This document shows positions 18,611-27,346 of a DNA stretch of 64,000 nucleotides, in pieces. Source of the stretch: Clostridia bacterium (GTDB taxonomy: Bacteria > Bacillota > Clostridia > Oscillospirales > CAG-272). The position numbers and the translations under genes were made by a program. The notes under the pieces are model-generated. The model ran no database searches and had not been told where the DNA came from. It worked only from the letters and a program-made list of their open reading frames with translations. The DNA lies in assembly GCA_017540175.1 (NCBI GenBank), contig JAFYBN010000014.1, forward strand, positions 39,010 to 103,009, written 5' to 3'. Each line of letters begins with the position of its first letter. The first letter of the stretch is position 1.

Positions 18611-19645
18611 ATGACTATGGGGGTTCTTGTGACACAGCGGGAAAGCAATCCCTATCCTTATTCGGATTCCAACAAGCGGTACATGACTTACGACTGGTAC
18701 ATGAAGCGGCGCTTCGGCGGCAAAGCCGCGCGGATCGCGCTGGACATCGGCTGTACCTGTCCGAACATCGACGGCACGCGCGGCACGGGCGGCTGCATTT
18801 TCTGCAAGAACGGAAGCTCGAGCGCGATGGGGGAATCCCTGGACGAACAGTTTGAACACGGCAAGGATATCGCGCGGCGCAAATGGAAGGTCGCGGGCTT
18901 CGTGCCGTATTTTCAGGCGCACACCAATACCTGGGGCGACCCCGCGCTGCTGAGTGCGGCGTACAATCACGCGGCAGTCTGGAAGGACGTGCTCATGATC
19001 GCGCTTGCCACCCGTCCCGACTCGATTTCGGAGGAGCTGACGGGTTCGCTGGTCCGGCTGGCGCGCAAGGTCCCGCTCATCGTGGAATTCGGTCTGCAGA
19101 CCTCGAACGACAAGACCGCCGCTCGGATCAACCGCTGTCACACCTGGGCGGAATTCTGCGCGGGATATGAAAAGCTCCGCGCCGCCGCGGACAAGGTGAA
19201 CGCGGAATGCCGGGACGAACTTCCCGCGGACGGCAGGGAGATCCCGGGACTGAGGATGAAGCGCTTTCAGATCGGCGTACATCTGATCGACGGGCTTCCG
19301 GGCGAGGACGCGGAGGACATGCTCCGCACCGCGCGGGACACGGCGGCGCTGCGTCCGGACATGGTGAAGATCCATCTTCTGCACGTACTCGAGGGGACGC
19401 AGCTGGCGAAGCTCTATGAAAGCGGGGATTACGAGCCCATGTCGCGCGAGGATTACGTCCGCGTCGTGGCGGATCAGCTCGAGCTTCTGCCGCCTGACGC
19501 CGTCATCGGGCGGGTCACCGGGGACGCGGCGGAAAACGAACTGCTCGCTCCCGACTGGTGCGTGAAAAAAACGATCGTTGCCAATGAAATCGACAAGGAG
19601 CTCTACCGCCGGAATTCCTGGCAGGGTCGAAGGTTTTGTATATAA
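18611..19645 (+). CDS. TIGR01212-family radical SAM protein
   Basis: NPYPYSDSNKRYMTYDWYMKRRFGGKAARIALD.GCTCPN.DG..G.GGCIFC matches the family N-terminus. The start at 18611 is uncertain (ATG 18617 or GTG 18629 are also possible). Confidence 0.8.
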   Translation: MTMGVLVTQRESNPYPYSDSNKRYMTYDWYMKRRFGGKAARIALDIGCTCPNIDGTRGTGGCIFCKNGSSSAMGESLDEQFEHGKDIARRKWKVAGFVPYFQAHTNTWGDPALLSAAYNHAAVWKDVLMIALATRPDSISEELTGSLVRLARKVPLIVEFGLQTSNDKTAARINRCHTWAEFCAGYEKLRAAADKVNAECRDELPADGREIPGLRMKRFQIGVHLIDGLPGEDAEDMLRTARDTAALRPDMVKIHLLHVLEGTQLAKLYESGDYEPMSREDYVRVVADQLELLPPDAVIGRVTGDAAENELLAPDWCVKKTIVANEIDKELYRRNSWQGRRFCI

Positions 19646-19683
19646 CCAACAAAGGGCGCGTATATAATTCGTAAAAATTGTGC

Positions 19684-19712
19684 TTGCAAAGCGAGCGGGG
19701 TTTTGATATAAT
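19684..19712 (+). promoter_or_regulatory. SigA-type promoter of the rubredoxin gene
   Basis: TTGCAA (19684-19689), 17 nt, TATAAT (19707-19712). Confidence 0.6.
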
Positions 19713-19760
19713 TAGACGCGAACCGTAAAGGAAACCATAAAGCGGGGAGGTGAAGAGACA

Positions 19761-19937
19761 ATGAAATACGTGTGCCCGATCTGCGGCTATGTTTACGACG
19801 AAAAGGAAGGCGATCCCGATAACGGCATCGAGCCCGGAACGCTTTGGGAAGACATCCCGGATGATTTTGAATGCCCTCTCTGCGGCGTCGCGAAGGACGA
19901 GTTTGAAGAAGATACGGAAAGCGAAGAAGAAGAATAA
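19761..19937 (+). CDS. Rubredoxin
   Basis: Not in the ORF track (58 aa). [50 protein letters not shown] carries both CxxCG knuckles. RBS ggggagg. Confidence 0.92.
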   Translation: MKYVCPICGYVYDEKEGDPDNGIEPGTLWEDIPDDFECPLCGVAKDEFEEDTESEEEE

Positions 19938-19949
19938 GCGTGAATACGG

Positions 19950-19977
19950 CTCCGGGATGCAGATCCCGGAGTTTTTT
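19950..19977 (+). terminator. Rho-independent terminator of the rubredoxin gene
   Basis: ctccgggat-gcag-atcccggag followed by tttttt. Confidence 0.8.
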
Positions 19978-20009
19978 GATGTGATCCGCCGCCGAGGGCA
20001 GGTTGTTGT

Positions 20010-20060
20010 CAAACGAACAGCCATGCCGGCACCGCCCGGCATGGCTGTTCGTTTGATTTT
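20010..20060 (+). terminator. Second strong hairpin (20-bp perfect stem) in the convergent intergenic region
   Basis: caaacgaacagccatgccgg (20010-20029) pairs with ccggcatggctgttcgtttg (20036-20055), then atttt. Confidence 0.5.
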
Positions 20061-20085
20061 GCGGGAAAGGGGGAGAAGCCCCCAT

Positions 20086-20131
20086 AAAAACAGGCCGGGC
20101 GGCACACGGTGAACATCCGTGTGCCGCCCGG
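20086..20131 (-). terminator. Terminator for the giant surface-protein gene
   Basis: Minus strand ccgggcggcacacgg-atgttca-ccgtgtgccgcccgg, followed by cctgttttt. Confidence 0.6.
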
Positions 20132-20320
20132 ATTCTGCGCGCCTATGCGAATGCGCGAATGAATGAAGGGGGAACGCCGTCAGGTCTTCCCCTTCTCCGG
20201 CGAACCGTGATCGGGGAGACCGGCGGTGATCCTGTTAGCCGGATCAAACGCCGTGACTTCGGTTTTCACGGGTTTGAACGGTTTCTCTGCCATTGCGGGA
20301 TCCTTCGCCCCGGTTTTCGC

Positions 20321-23300
20321 TCAGCTGCCGGAACGGGCTGCCTCGTACGCGTCGGCTGCGCACGAATAGGCATAGATCGCGGCCGCCGCGTTCCGCGCCT
20401 TTACGTGATATTCGTTTGTTTCGTCGGTATAATAGTTCAGCATCGTATCGACGTAGGACAGTGCCGAAACCGTGACCTTCACCGTGCGCCCTTCTCCGGT
20501 CGTGAGCACGATCTCATGGGACTCGCTCAGCTTATGCGCCGCGATGTTGGCGATCCGCACGCAGTATGCGCCGCTGTCTGTTACATCAACCGCTGCGTCT
20601 ATGCCGTCAACGGTCGCGGCAACGGTGCCGTTGAACGCCGGCGCGGGCTTGAAGTACACGTTGATCGCCGTTTCGCTGTCCAGCGTCAGGGAGTAGGTAA
20701 CAGCCGTGATGTCGCCACCGGTATTGTTGTTGTTCACGACCTTATGATCCGCCGCCTCGGCCGCGATGGCCTCCATATCGAAGTTTGCGGCTTCGGTATA
20801 GTGCCCGTCCATCTCGTCGTAATCCGTTCCCAGCGTCCAACCGCGCAGCTCGGCAAGGAACGGCTGCACATAGTGCCCGTAGTCGGCGACGGCTTTGATG
20901 AGGTTCCGCGTCGTGAGGTCATACTGATCCGTCATTTTGTCGAATACTTCGAAGTAATCCGCCGCCGAATGGGTCGCCGTCACCGTTTTTTCCACGCCGT
21001 CCTGCGTGTAATGGAAGACTGCCGTGATGGGTTCCGCCATCTGGATGGCGTTGATGTAACAGGTAAATCCGTAGTACCTGCCGTCGACGCTCATACAGTC
21101 TTCGTCGCGCGTGTCGTTCTCTGTGCAGGTTCCGTGAGGCACGGAGAATTCCATGACGCTGTCCGTATAGTCCACGCCCTCGATTTCGGGCAGGCTCATA
21201 TAGAAGTTCACGCCGATCTGTCCGGAGAGGACGAGGGACATCGTCATGAAAGCAGGCGCATCACAAGGCTTCAAAGTCACGCCCTGCAGCGCGCTGCCGT
21301 CGATGCTGCCTGCGGGATAGATCACGGACCCGTTTTCGCTGCGGAATGCCTTCTGCAGTGTGACGCTGCCGCCGTAGCTGTCGGCGTAAACGGAGTCCGC
21401 AGGATTCGTCCAGTTCAGCGTAATGTCGGAGCCGGAGCGCCCCTTCCCGTTGCCGATGCCGGCGCCATACTGCCCGCCGTCGGCCACGATCTTGCCGCCG
21501 CCTATGACGACGGTGGCGCAGCCTCTGTTTCCGCCTCCGATGCCTGCGGCGCCGTATGCGTAGTCTCCGGACGCATTGACGGTGCCGCCGTTGATCGTGA
21601 TCAGGCTGGGGCTGAGATTGCCGTTGAAGTCGCTGCCGCCGCCGATGCCCGCGCCGTACGATCCGCCTTTGGCCGTGACCTTGCCGCCGCGTATGACGAC
21701 GATGCCGATACCGCCGTATCCGCCGCCGATGCCCGCGCCTTCGCTTGCGGAGAAGGCGTCGACGCTGCCGCCGTTGATTTCGACGGTGCCGGTGCCTTTG
21801 GATCCGCCGCCGATGGCCGCTGCCCAGCCCGCGGTTCTGGCCATGACGCTGCCGCCGTTGATGATGACGGTGCCGCTGCCGTTATTTCCGCCGCCGATGC
21901 CGGCGCCGCCGCCGGTGCCGGCGCGGCGGCTGTGGCCACATGCTTTGACCGTACCGCCGTTGATCGTGATGACACCGGAGTCGAAGCCGTCGTCTCCGCC
22001 GATGCCGGCAGAATTGTCGTCTCTATCCTTACGAAGGGCATCGAGCATGCCGGTGCCCGCTGTCTGACCCCAGACCGTAAAGCTGCTGCCGCTGTTGACG
22101 CTGATCCCCTTCGGCACAGTCAGGGTCGCGCCGTCCAAGAGGATCAGGTTTACGCTGCCGTCGACGCTGATGCGGCTGTCGTTCGTTATGGTTCCGTCCA
22201 CGGCGTACCAGCCGGTGCTCCAAATCTCGTCGCCCGCCGAAACGAAGGTGCAGGCAGCTTCGCCGGCATGGCTGCCGTCCGGGTTCACATAGGGGACCTC
22301 GGGCCCGTCGGAAATCTCCGCAAGGATCGTCACGTCCGCGCCCCGCATGTCAAATTGAGCCGTATACGAACCGTTTTCCAACCGGGTGAACTTCAGATAC
22401 ACGTTCCGGAGGCTGCCGTTGTGCATGAACTGATACTTCAGAGACCGAAGCGTACGGAGTTCGGGCGGCGTGTAAATCAAAACGATCTTGTCGTCTGCCG
22501 CCGCCTTGACGGGCACGCTCTTCACTTCGCCGTTTATCTCCAGAGACAGCGTGCCGGACATGCTTTCATCCGCGAAGATCGTATGGATCTTTTTCCCGAA
22601 GCGGACCGTGACCGTGACGGGTTCCGAAGGCATGATAAAGGATGAATGGTAAACGCTGCTTCCCTCGTTGTGAGAACCCGTGGTGACGGAGATGGCATCG
22701 CCCGATACATCGCCCTTGACCGTCAGCTCTTTGAGCTCGTCTTCCGGCATGAGCACCGTGGTGATGTCGACGCTGAAACCCACCTCCGACTCTTCGGACA
22801 CGATGATATAGCTGTTTGTCGCTGCGTTTTCCGGTTCGGTCAGGGTCACGGCGGTGATCCCCCGGACGGGGATGGCGAAGGTTCCCGTAATGAACACATC
22901 CTTCTCGGGCATGGTGAACTCATACTGGTATTCGCTGCCGCCGCCAAGCGCGGTCGTCGCGATCGGGCTGCCGCTTTGATCCATGACCGCCAGGTTCTCC
23001 AGCGCGTAAGCGAGATGGGTTTCCGGCTCCGCCTTTACCCTGACTTTCCAGCCTTTCTCCGCCTGTGCAAGGTCCGCCGAAAGCCTGCCGTTCTCGATAT
23101 CGTCGTCCACGAGGACGGCATACTTCGTCTGCTCGGGGGCTTTTCGGAACTGAGCGTAGACGTAGACGTCCCATGTGTCAAGCTCCACTTGATATTCGCT
23201 GTTTTCACTAATCTCCGTGAAGCGGTACTCGACCTCCGTCAGGTCCTCGTAGTCCGTCAGATTCTCGTTGATCTCCAGAATCTGAAGCGTGGACGGAATA

Positions 23301-24835
23301 TATTCGTATCCGTTGTCCGGACGGATGGAGAGCGTGACAGTATCGCCGTCGTCTGCGATCATCTTGTCCGCTTCGACCGTGCCGCCCTCCATATCGCGGA
23401 TAAATACCAGATTCTGGTTCGTGCCCATATCCGCGAATTCGACAAAGATCTTCACATTCGCGGCGGGCATGGGAAAAGTGAGCGTGTTCGGATCAGGCCG
23501 GGACACGCCGGGGACTTCGTCGGTGTACCCGGCGGGATACTCATCATGATATGCCAGAACCGTGAATGAAGCCGTGATGCCGATCGAGCTGCCGGTAGAA
23601 GAGTACGGATCCGCTGTCAGGGTAACGGTCTCTCCGGGATACGCGGTATTCTCAAAGGAATCCGACCCTGTCCGGCTCACATACCCGGACATACTACCGT
23701 CAGGATATTCAATGTAATACTCGCATCTTTCCGCAAACTCCGCTGTCACGGACACACCTCTGCCCGGCATGGTGAACCGGTCGTTCGTCACGGCGACCGA
23801 ATTTCCCGCGCTGTCCGTCACGGTCAGAGAGCGCAGTACATAGCCGTTCTCGGGCGTGACGGTCAGCGTGACAACCTCTCCGACGCAGGCCTCCGTCTTA
23901 TCCGCCGTCACGGATCCGTCCCGAATATTCGGATCCACCTCGATGGGAAAGCGCGGCAGGCTGGCGCTGCTTTTCGAGCCGATCTCAGGGTCCGTCGGCG
24001 CGTTGTTGCCGCTGACCGTGCCGCCTTCCATATCGAATGAGCCGCCGTTGACGTACACGCCGCCGCCGTTTTTCGCTTCGTTCCCCGTGATACTGCCGCC
24101 CTCCATGGCGAATGTGCTGCTGTTAACGTACACGCCGCCGCCCTTTTCCGCGGCCGTGTTATCGGAAATCGTGCCGCCGCTCACGGAGAGGCTCGTGCCG
24201 CCGCCCCCGCCGAACCAGATGCCGCCGCCGTTGTTGGTCGCGGTATTGCCGGTGACGATGCCGCCTGTGACGGTGATATCGCCGGTGCTGTTCTGCCCGA
24301 TGCCGCCGCCGTTGCGCGCGGTATTGCCCGTGATGGTGCCGCCGCACATCGTGAAGCTGCTGCCGGTTCCCGAAACGTACACGCCGCCTCCGGTACTCTG
24401 AGCAGAGTTTCCGCTGATCGTTCCGGCGTTCATGGTAAACGAACCGTTTTTCTTCACCCATACGCCGCCGCCGACGCCGTTTGTCGAACCGCCGGTGATG
24501 ACGCCGGTCTGACCGCTGCTGCCGTCGACAACGGTCAGCGTGCCGTTCACGATAATGACGCTTCCGTTATCCTGAGAGCTGCTCAGTCCCCTGCTGAGGG
24601 TGAAGCCGCCGAGGTCCAGCGTGACGCTTTTTCCCCTGGGCACCGTCAGCGCGGCGCTGCCCGCCCCCGCCGTCACGTCGTTTGTCAGCGTGACCGCGTC
24701 GCCGGCGCTGAACGCCGCCTGCAGATCCTCCCAGGCCATCACGTCGTCGTCGTCCGCCCACGCCGCCGCGGTCAGCAGCCAGACGGCCGCGACGCACAGC
24801 GCAAGCACGGTGAAAATCCGTCTTCCGTGTTTCAT
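20321..24835 (-). CDS. Giant secreted protein: two parallel beta-helix repeat modules separated by Ig-like (InlB B-repeat-like) domains
   Basis: Start at MKHGRRIFTVLALCVAAVWLLTAAAWA (ATG 24835). 1504 aa. N-terminal GGG(V/I)(Y/W)V...G.SFTM.GGTI.GNTA repeats, then VTLTVTPENGYVL...V..DRFTMP type domains, then a (G/A)AGIGGG...G.V.I.GG.V repeat block. No LPXTG. Confidence 0.85.
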   Translation of the reverse strand: MKHGRRIFTVLALCVAAVWLLTAAAWADDDDVMAWEDLQAAFSAGDAVTLTNDVTAGAGSAALTVPRGKSVTLDLGGFTLSRGLSSSQDNGSVIIVNGTLTVVDGSSGQTGVITGGSTNGVGGGVWVKKNGSFTMNAGTISGNSAQSTGGGVYVSGTGSSFTMCGGTITGNTARNGGGIGQNSTGDITVTGGIVTGNTATNNGGGIWFGGGGGTSLSVSGGTISDNTAAEKGGGVYVNSSTFAMEGGSITGNEAKNGGGVYVNGGSFDMEGGTVSGNNAPTDPEIGSKSSASLPRFPIEVDPNIRDGSVTADKTEACVGEVVTLTVTPENGYVLRSLTVTDSAGNSVAVTNDRFTMPGRGVSVTAEFAERCEYYIEYPDGSMSGYVSRTGSDSFENTAYPGETVTLTADPYSSTGSSIGITASFTVLAYHDEYPAGYTDEVPGVSRPDPNTLTFPMPAANVKIFVEFADMGTNQNLVFIRDMEGGTVEADKMIADDGDTVTLSIRPDNGYEYIPSTLQILEINENLTDYEDLTEVEYRFTEISENSEYQVELDTWDVYVYAQFRKAPEQTKYAVLVDDDIENGRLSADLAQAEKGWKVRVKAEPETHLAYALENLAVMDQSGSPIATTALGGGSEYQYEFTMPEKDVFITGTFAIPVRGITAVTLTEPENAATNSYIIVSEESEVGFSVDITTVLMPEDELKELTVKGDVSGDAISVTTGSHNEGSSVYHSSFIMPSEPVTVTVRFGKKIHTIFADESMSGTLSLEINGEVKSVPVKAAADDKIVLIYTPPELRTLRSLKYQFMHNGSLRNVYLKFTRLENGSYTAQFDMRGADVTILAEISDGPEVPYVNPDGSHAGEAACTFVSAGDEIWSTGWYAVDGTITNDSRISVDGSVNLILLDGATLTVPKGISVNSGSSFTVWGQTAGTGMLDALRKDRDDNSAGIGGDDGFDSGVITINGGTVKACGHSRRAGTGGGAGIGGGNNGSGTVIINGGSVMARTAGWAAAIGGGSKGTGTVEINGGSVDAFSASEGAGIGGGYGGIGIVVIRGGKVTAKGGSYGAGIGGGSDFNGNLSPSLITINGGTVNASGDYAYGAAGIGGGNRGCATVVIGGGKIVADGGQYGAGIGNGKGRSGSDITLNWTNPADSVYADSYGGSVTLQKAFRSENGSVIYPAGSIDGSALQGVTLKPCDAPAFMTMSLVLSGQIGVNFYMSLPEIEGVDYTDSVMEFSVPHGTCTENDTRDEDCMSVDGRYYGFTCYINAIQMAEPITAVFHYTQDGVEKTVTATHSAADYFEVFDKMTDQYDLTTRNLIKAVADYGHYVQPFLAELRGWTLGTDYDEMDGHYTEAANFDMEAIAAEAADHKVVNNNNTGGDITAVTYSLTLDSETAINVYFKPAPAFNGTVAATVDGIDAAVDVTDSGAYCVRIANIAAHKLSESHEIVLTTGEGRTVKVTVSALSYVDTMLNYYTDETNEYHVKARNAAAAIYAYSCAADAYEAARSGS

Positions 24836-24910
24836 ACTCTGCCTCTCCGATGTAAACGATGAAATGCGCGTTCCGGACGCACTCCGGGCGCGCGGAAAAT
24901 CCATTGATTG

Positions 24911-24939
24911 ATTATACCGGATTTTACCGAAAAAAGCAA
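24911..24939 (-). promoter_or_regulatory. SigA-type promoter of the giant surface-protein gene
   Basis: Minus strand TTGCTT (24939-24934), 17 nt, TATAAT (24916-24911). Confidence 0.55.
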
Positions 24940-25041
24940 GAGATTTCAGACAAATTCCGAGATGAAGAGCCGCGCGCCGCACGGAAGCACCCGGAACCGC
25001 TCAGGCGCGCCGACCGCGCGGACGGCGTCGGGAGAGGCGTG

Positions 25042-25071
25042 TTGACATATCCCCGCCCGGCATGGTATAAT
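25042..25071 (+). promoter_or_regulatory. Strong extended -10 promoter (P1) about 520 nt upstream of the SBP ATG
   Basis: TTGACA (25042-25047), 18 nt, TGgTATAAT (25063-25071). Confidence 0.55.
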
Positions 25072-25428
25072 GGATCCGGCGGCAGCGGGATGCGGTGCGG
25101 CGCTCTGTTCAGCCCCCGTCATCCCGGTTGTTTCCGGATTTCGACAAACAGAACAAAACGATAACGCAACAAAAGTCCCCGTCGGACGGCGGCGTCAGGC
25201 GGGAGCGCAGAATGAGGCGTACTTCCACTGTCACTGGGGCGACGATCGCGCGCCGGGCGTCTTCAACGACTGGCTTGTCGCCTGGCCTGGGGCGTTCTGC
25301 TGGAACACGGCGGAATGGATGCGCCGCAATCGCCGGATGAACGGGTGAAAGGAGCCCCGCGGCACCGTCCGCGGAACGGACAGCTTCCGGGATCCTCCCC
25401 GAATGATCGTAAAAATCCCGAAAAAGAC

Positions 25429-25457
25429 TTGAAATGCTCGTTGGAAAGAGTTATAAT
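25429..25457 (+). promoter_or_regulatory. SigA-type promoter (P2) of the SBP gene
   Basis: TTGAAA (25429-25434), 17 nt, TATAAT (25452-25457). Confidence 0.55.
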
Positions 25458-25593
25458 GAATCAAACCCTTTGGAGGGCAGTAAATCCCCGACCCCGCCGC
25501 GGCGGATCCGGACGGACAGCTTCCGACGCGCCCGCCCGGGCAAGCCGACGCGGAACACACAAACCGACCGTGGATCCGAAAAAGGAGGACAGG

Positions 25594-27078
25594 ATGATGA
25601 AAGCGATCAAACGTATCGTCTCTTGGATGCTGCTCGCCGCGCTCCTGACCGTTTCGGCGGCATCCTGCAGCCAGACGGCGCCCGAAGAGTCGCCGTCGTC
25701 GGCTTCCCCGGAGGCGAATTCCCCCGAACCCGCCGCGGCTGAGCCCGCAGAGACCGAGCCGGAAATCGTGCTCCCGGACAAGACCTTTGACGGCGAACAG
25801 GTCATGTTTCTCGTATCGAAGAACCTCGGCTACGACTGGTACACCAGTTACGAGATCTATGCCGAGGGGATGACCGGAACGCTGATCAACGATGCCGTCT
25901 ATACTCGCAACAGCCGGATCGAGGACGAGCTCGACATCCGCATCGCGGAAACCAAGGAACCGGACTGCCATACGATCGCCCGCAATTCCGTCAAGGCGGA
26001 CGAAAGCGTTTACAACGTCGTCATGCCCTATGTCAACAACACGCTCAAGCTGGCGACGGAAGGCCTCCTGATGGATCTGAAGACCATGCCGTGGATGGAT
26101 CTGGAAAATCGCTGGTGGGATCAGCGGGCGAACGAAAACCTGCTCATCGCGGACAAGCTCTTCATCACCACGGGGGATATCGCCATTCTCGACAACGAGT
26201 GCACCATGGTGATGTTCTTCAACAAAGAGATGATCAAGGCATACAGCCTCGAAAATCCCTACGAGCTCGTGCGGGAAAACCGATGGACGCTCGATAAGGT
26301 CCGCGACATGGCGGAAGCCGTCACCAACGACGCGAACGGCGACGGCAAACTGACCAACGACGACGTGTGGGGCCTCTCGGTCGCGTTCAACGCGCCCATC
26401 TCGATGTACTTCGGCGCGGGCGAGCGGATCGTCAGCAAAAACGAGGAAGGCGAGTTGGCGTTCTCCATCGGCTCTCCCCGCTCCGTGGACGTGTTCGACA
26501 AGCTGATTGCCCTCTGTTACAGCGACAAAATGCTCTCCACCCATACGACGGGCAACGCAAACTACGACGCCGTGGCGGCCGTCTTCAACGCCGGACGGGT
26601 CATGATGGTGACCTTCGCCCTCGTCGATATCAACGGCATGCGCGATGCGGAGCAAGAGTTCGGCATCCTGCCCTATCCGCTGTTCGACGAGACGCAGAAG
26701 GAGTACAACAACCTCATCAGTACGGGTCTTGTCAGCTCGGTCAGCGTACCGATCACCTGCCCGAACACGGACGTGACGGGAGCCGCGCTCGAGGCGATGG
26801 CCGCGCTGTCGACGGAGACGCTGACCCCGGCGTACTATGACAACGCGCTCAAGACCCGCTACGTGCGGGACGAGGAGTCCGGCGACATGCTCGACATCAT
26901 CTTCGCTACCCGCGTGTACGATCTAGGCTTCATCTCCGACTGGGGCGGCGCCGGCAGCCTGGTGTCGAATCTCTATTCGAGCAAATCCACCGACTTCGCT
27001 TCCGGCTGGGCAAGGATCCGGAAAGTCGCCGAAAAGATGCTCGAAAAAGCCCTCGAATCGTATGCCGCTTTGGGATGA
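25594..27078 (+). CDS. Extracellular solute-binding lipoprotein (ABC sugar-type SBP), orphan
   Basis: Start at MMKAIKRIVSWMLLAALLTVSAASC (ATG 25594, RBS aaaggagga). 494 aa. Paralog of 4022..5479. Confidence 0.8.
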   Translation: MMKAIKRIVSWMLLAALLTVSAASCSQTAPEESPSSASPEANSPEPAAAEPAETEPEIVLPDKTFDGEQVMFLVSKNLGYDWYTSYEIYAEGMTGTLINDAVYTRNSRIEDELDIRIAETKEPDCHTIARNSVKADESVYNVVMPYVNNTLKLATEGLLMDLKTMPWMDLENRWWDQRANENLLIADKLFITTGDIAILDNECTMVMFFNKEMIKAYSLENPYELVRENRWTLDKVRDMAEAVTNDANGDGKLTNDDVWGLSVAFNAPISMYFGAGERIVSKNEEGELAFSIGSPRSVDVFDKLIALCYSDKMLSTHTTGNANYDAVAAVFNAGRVMMVTFALVDINGMRDAEQEFGILPYPLFDETQKEYNNLISTGLVSSVSVPITCPNTDVTGAALEAMAALSTETLTPAYYDNALKTRYVRDEESGDMLDIIFATRVYDLGFISDWGGAGSLVSNLYSSKSTDFASGWARIRKVAEKMLEKALESYAALG

Positions 27079-27269
27079 CGCCGCCCAAGGCTTCTTCCCC
27101 CTCTCCGGTCCCGTCTTCGGCGGTGCCGCCCTGCCATTTAGGGGGACAAGAGGCACGCCCCCGACCTTCCCGGCTCTCGCCGCGGGAGATCTGTCGGCGA
27201 AGCTGACAGAGGGGGGCCGATTCCTCCGATAACAGGGAAAAAAGTGCGGCGGCTGGCTCTGAAAAAGCA

Positions 27270-27312
27270 AGCGGTTCACATTTTCTGGTGTGAACCGCTC
27301 TTTTTGTTTTTT
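27270..27312 (+). terminator. Rho-independent terminator
   Basis: agcggttcaca-ttttctgg-tgtgaaccgct, followed by ctttttgtttttt. Confidence 0.8.
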
Positions 27313-27346
27313 ACTTTTTTGAGCCTGCTGCCGCGGGATGACACGC

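Noticed and set aside
20180-20293. A possible 37-aa ORF (MAEKPFKPVKTEVTAFDPANRITAGLPDHGSPEKGKT) with an AGGA 7 nt upstream, in the 190-nt region between the giant gene's stop and its terminator.
   Set aside because: I recognise no homology. It is very short, and I cannot distinguish it from chance in a GC-rich 3' UTR. It would need conservation or ribosome-profiling evidence.
20159-22645. An 828-aa ORF antisense to the giant surface-protein gene. Similar long antisense or offset ORFs occur elsewhere, for example 2413..4050, 3977..5362, 8299..9462, 11757..14165, 14369..15481, 25231..26655, 28999..31056, 37094..39019, 40217..41290, 44157..45746, 46602..47903 and 48667..49983.
   Set aside because: They overlap genes with clear family signatures on the other strand or frame. 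They are Arg/Gly/Ala/Pro/Val-rich low-complexity translations typical of shadow ORFs in high-GC DNA. They lack an RBS and recognisable motifs.
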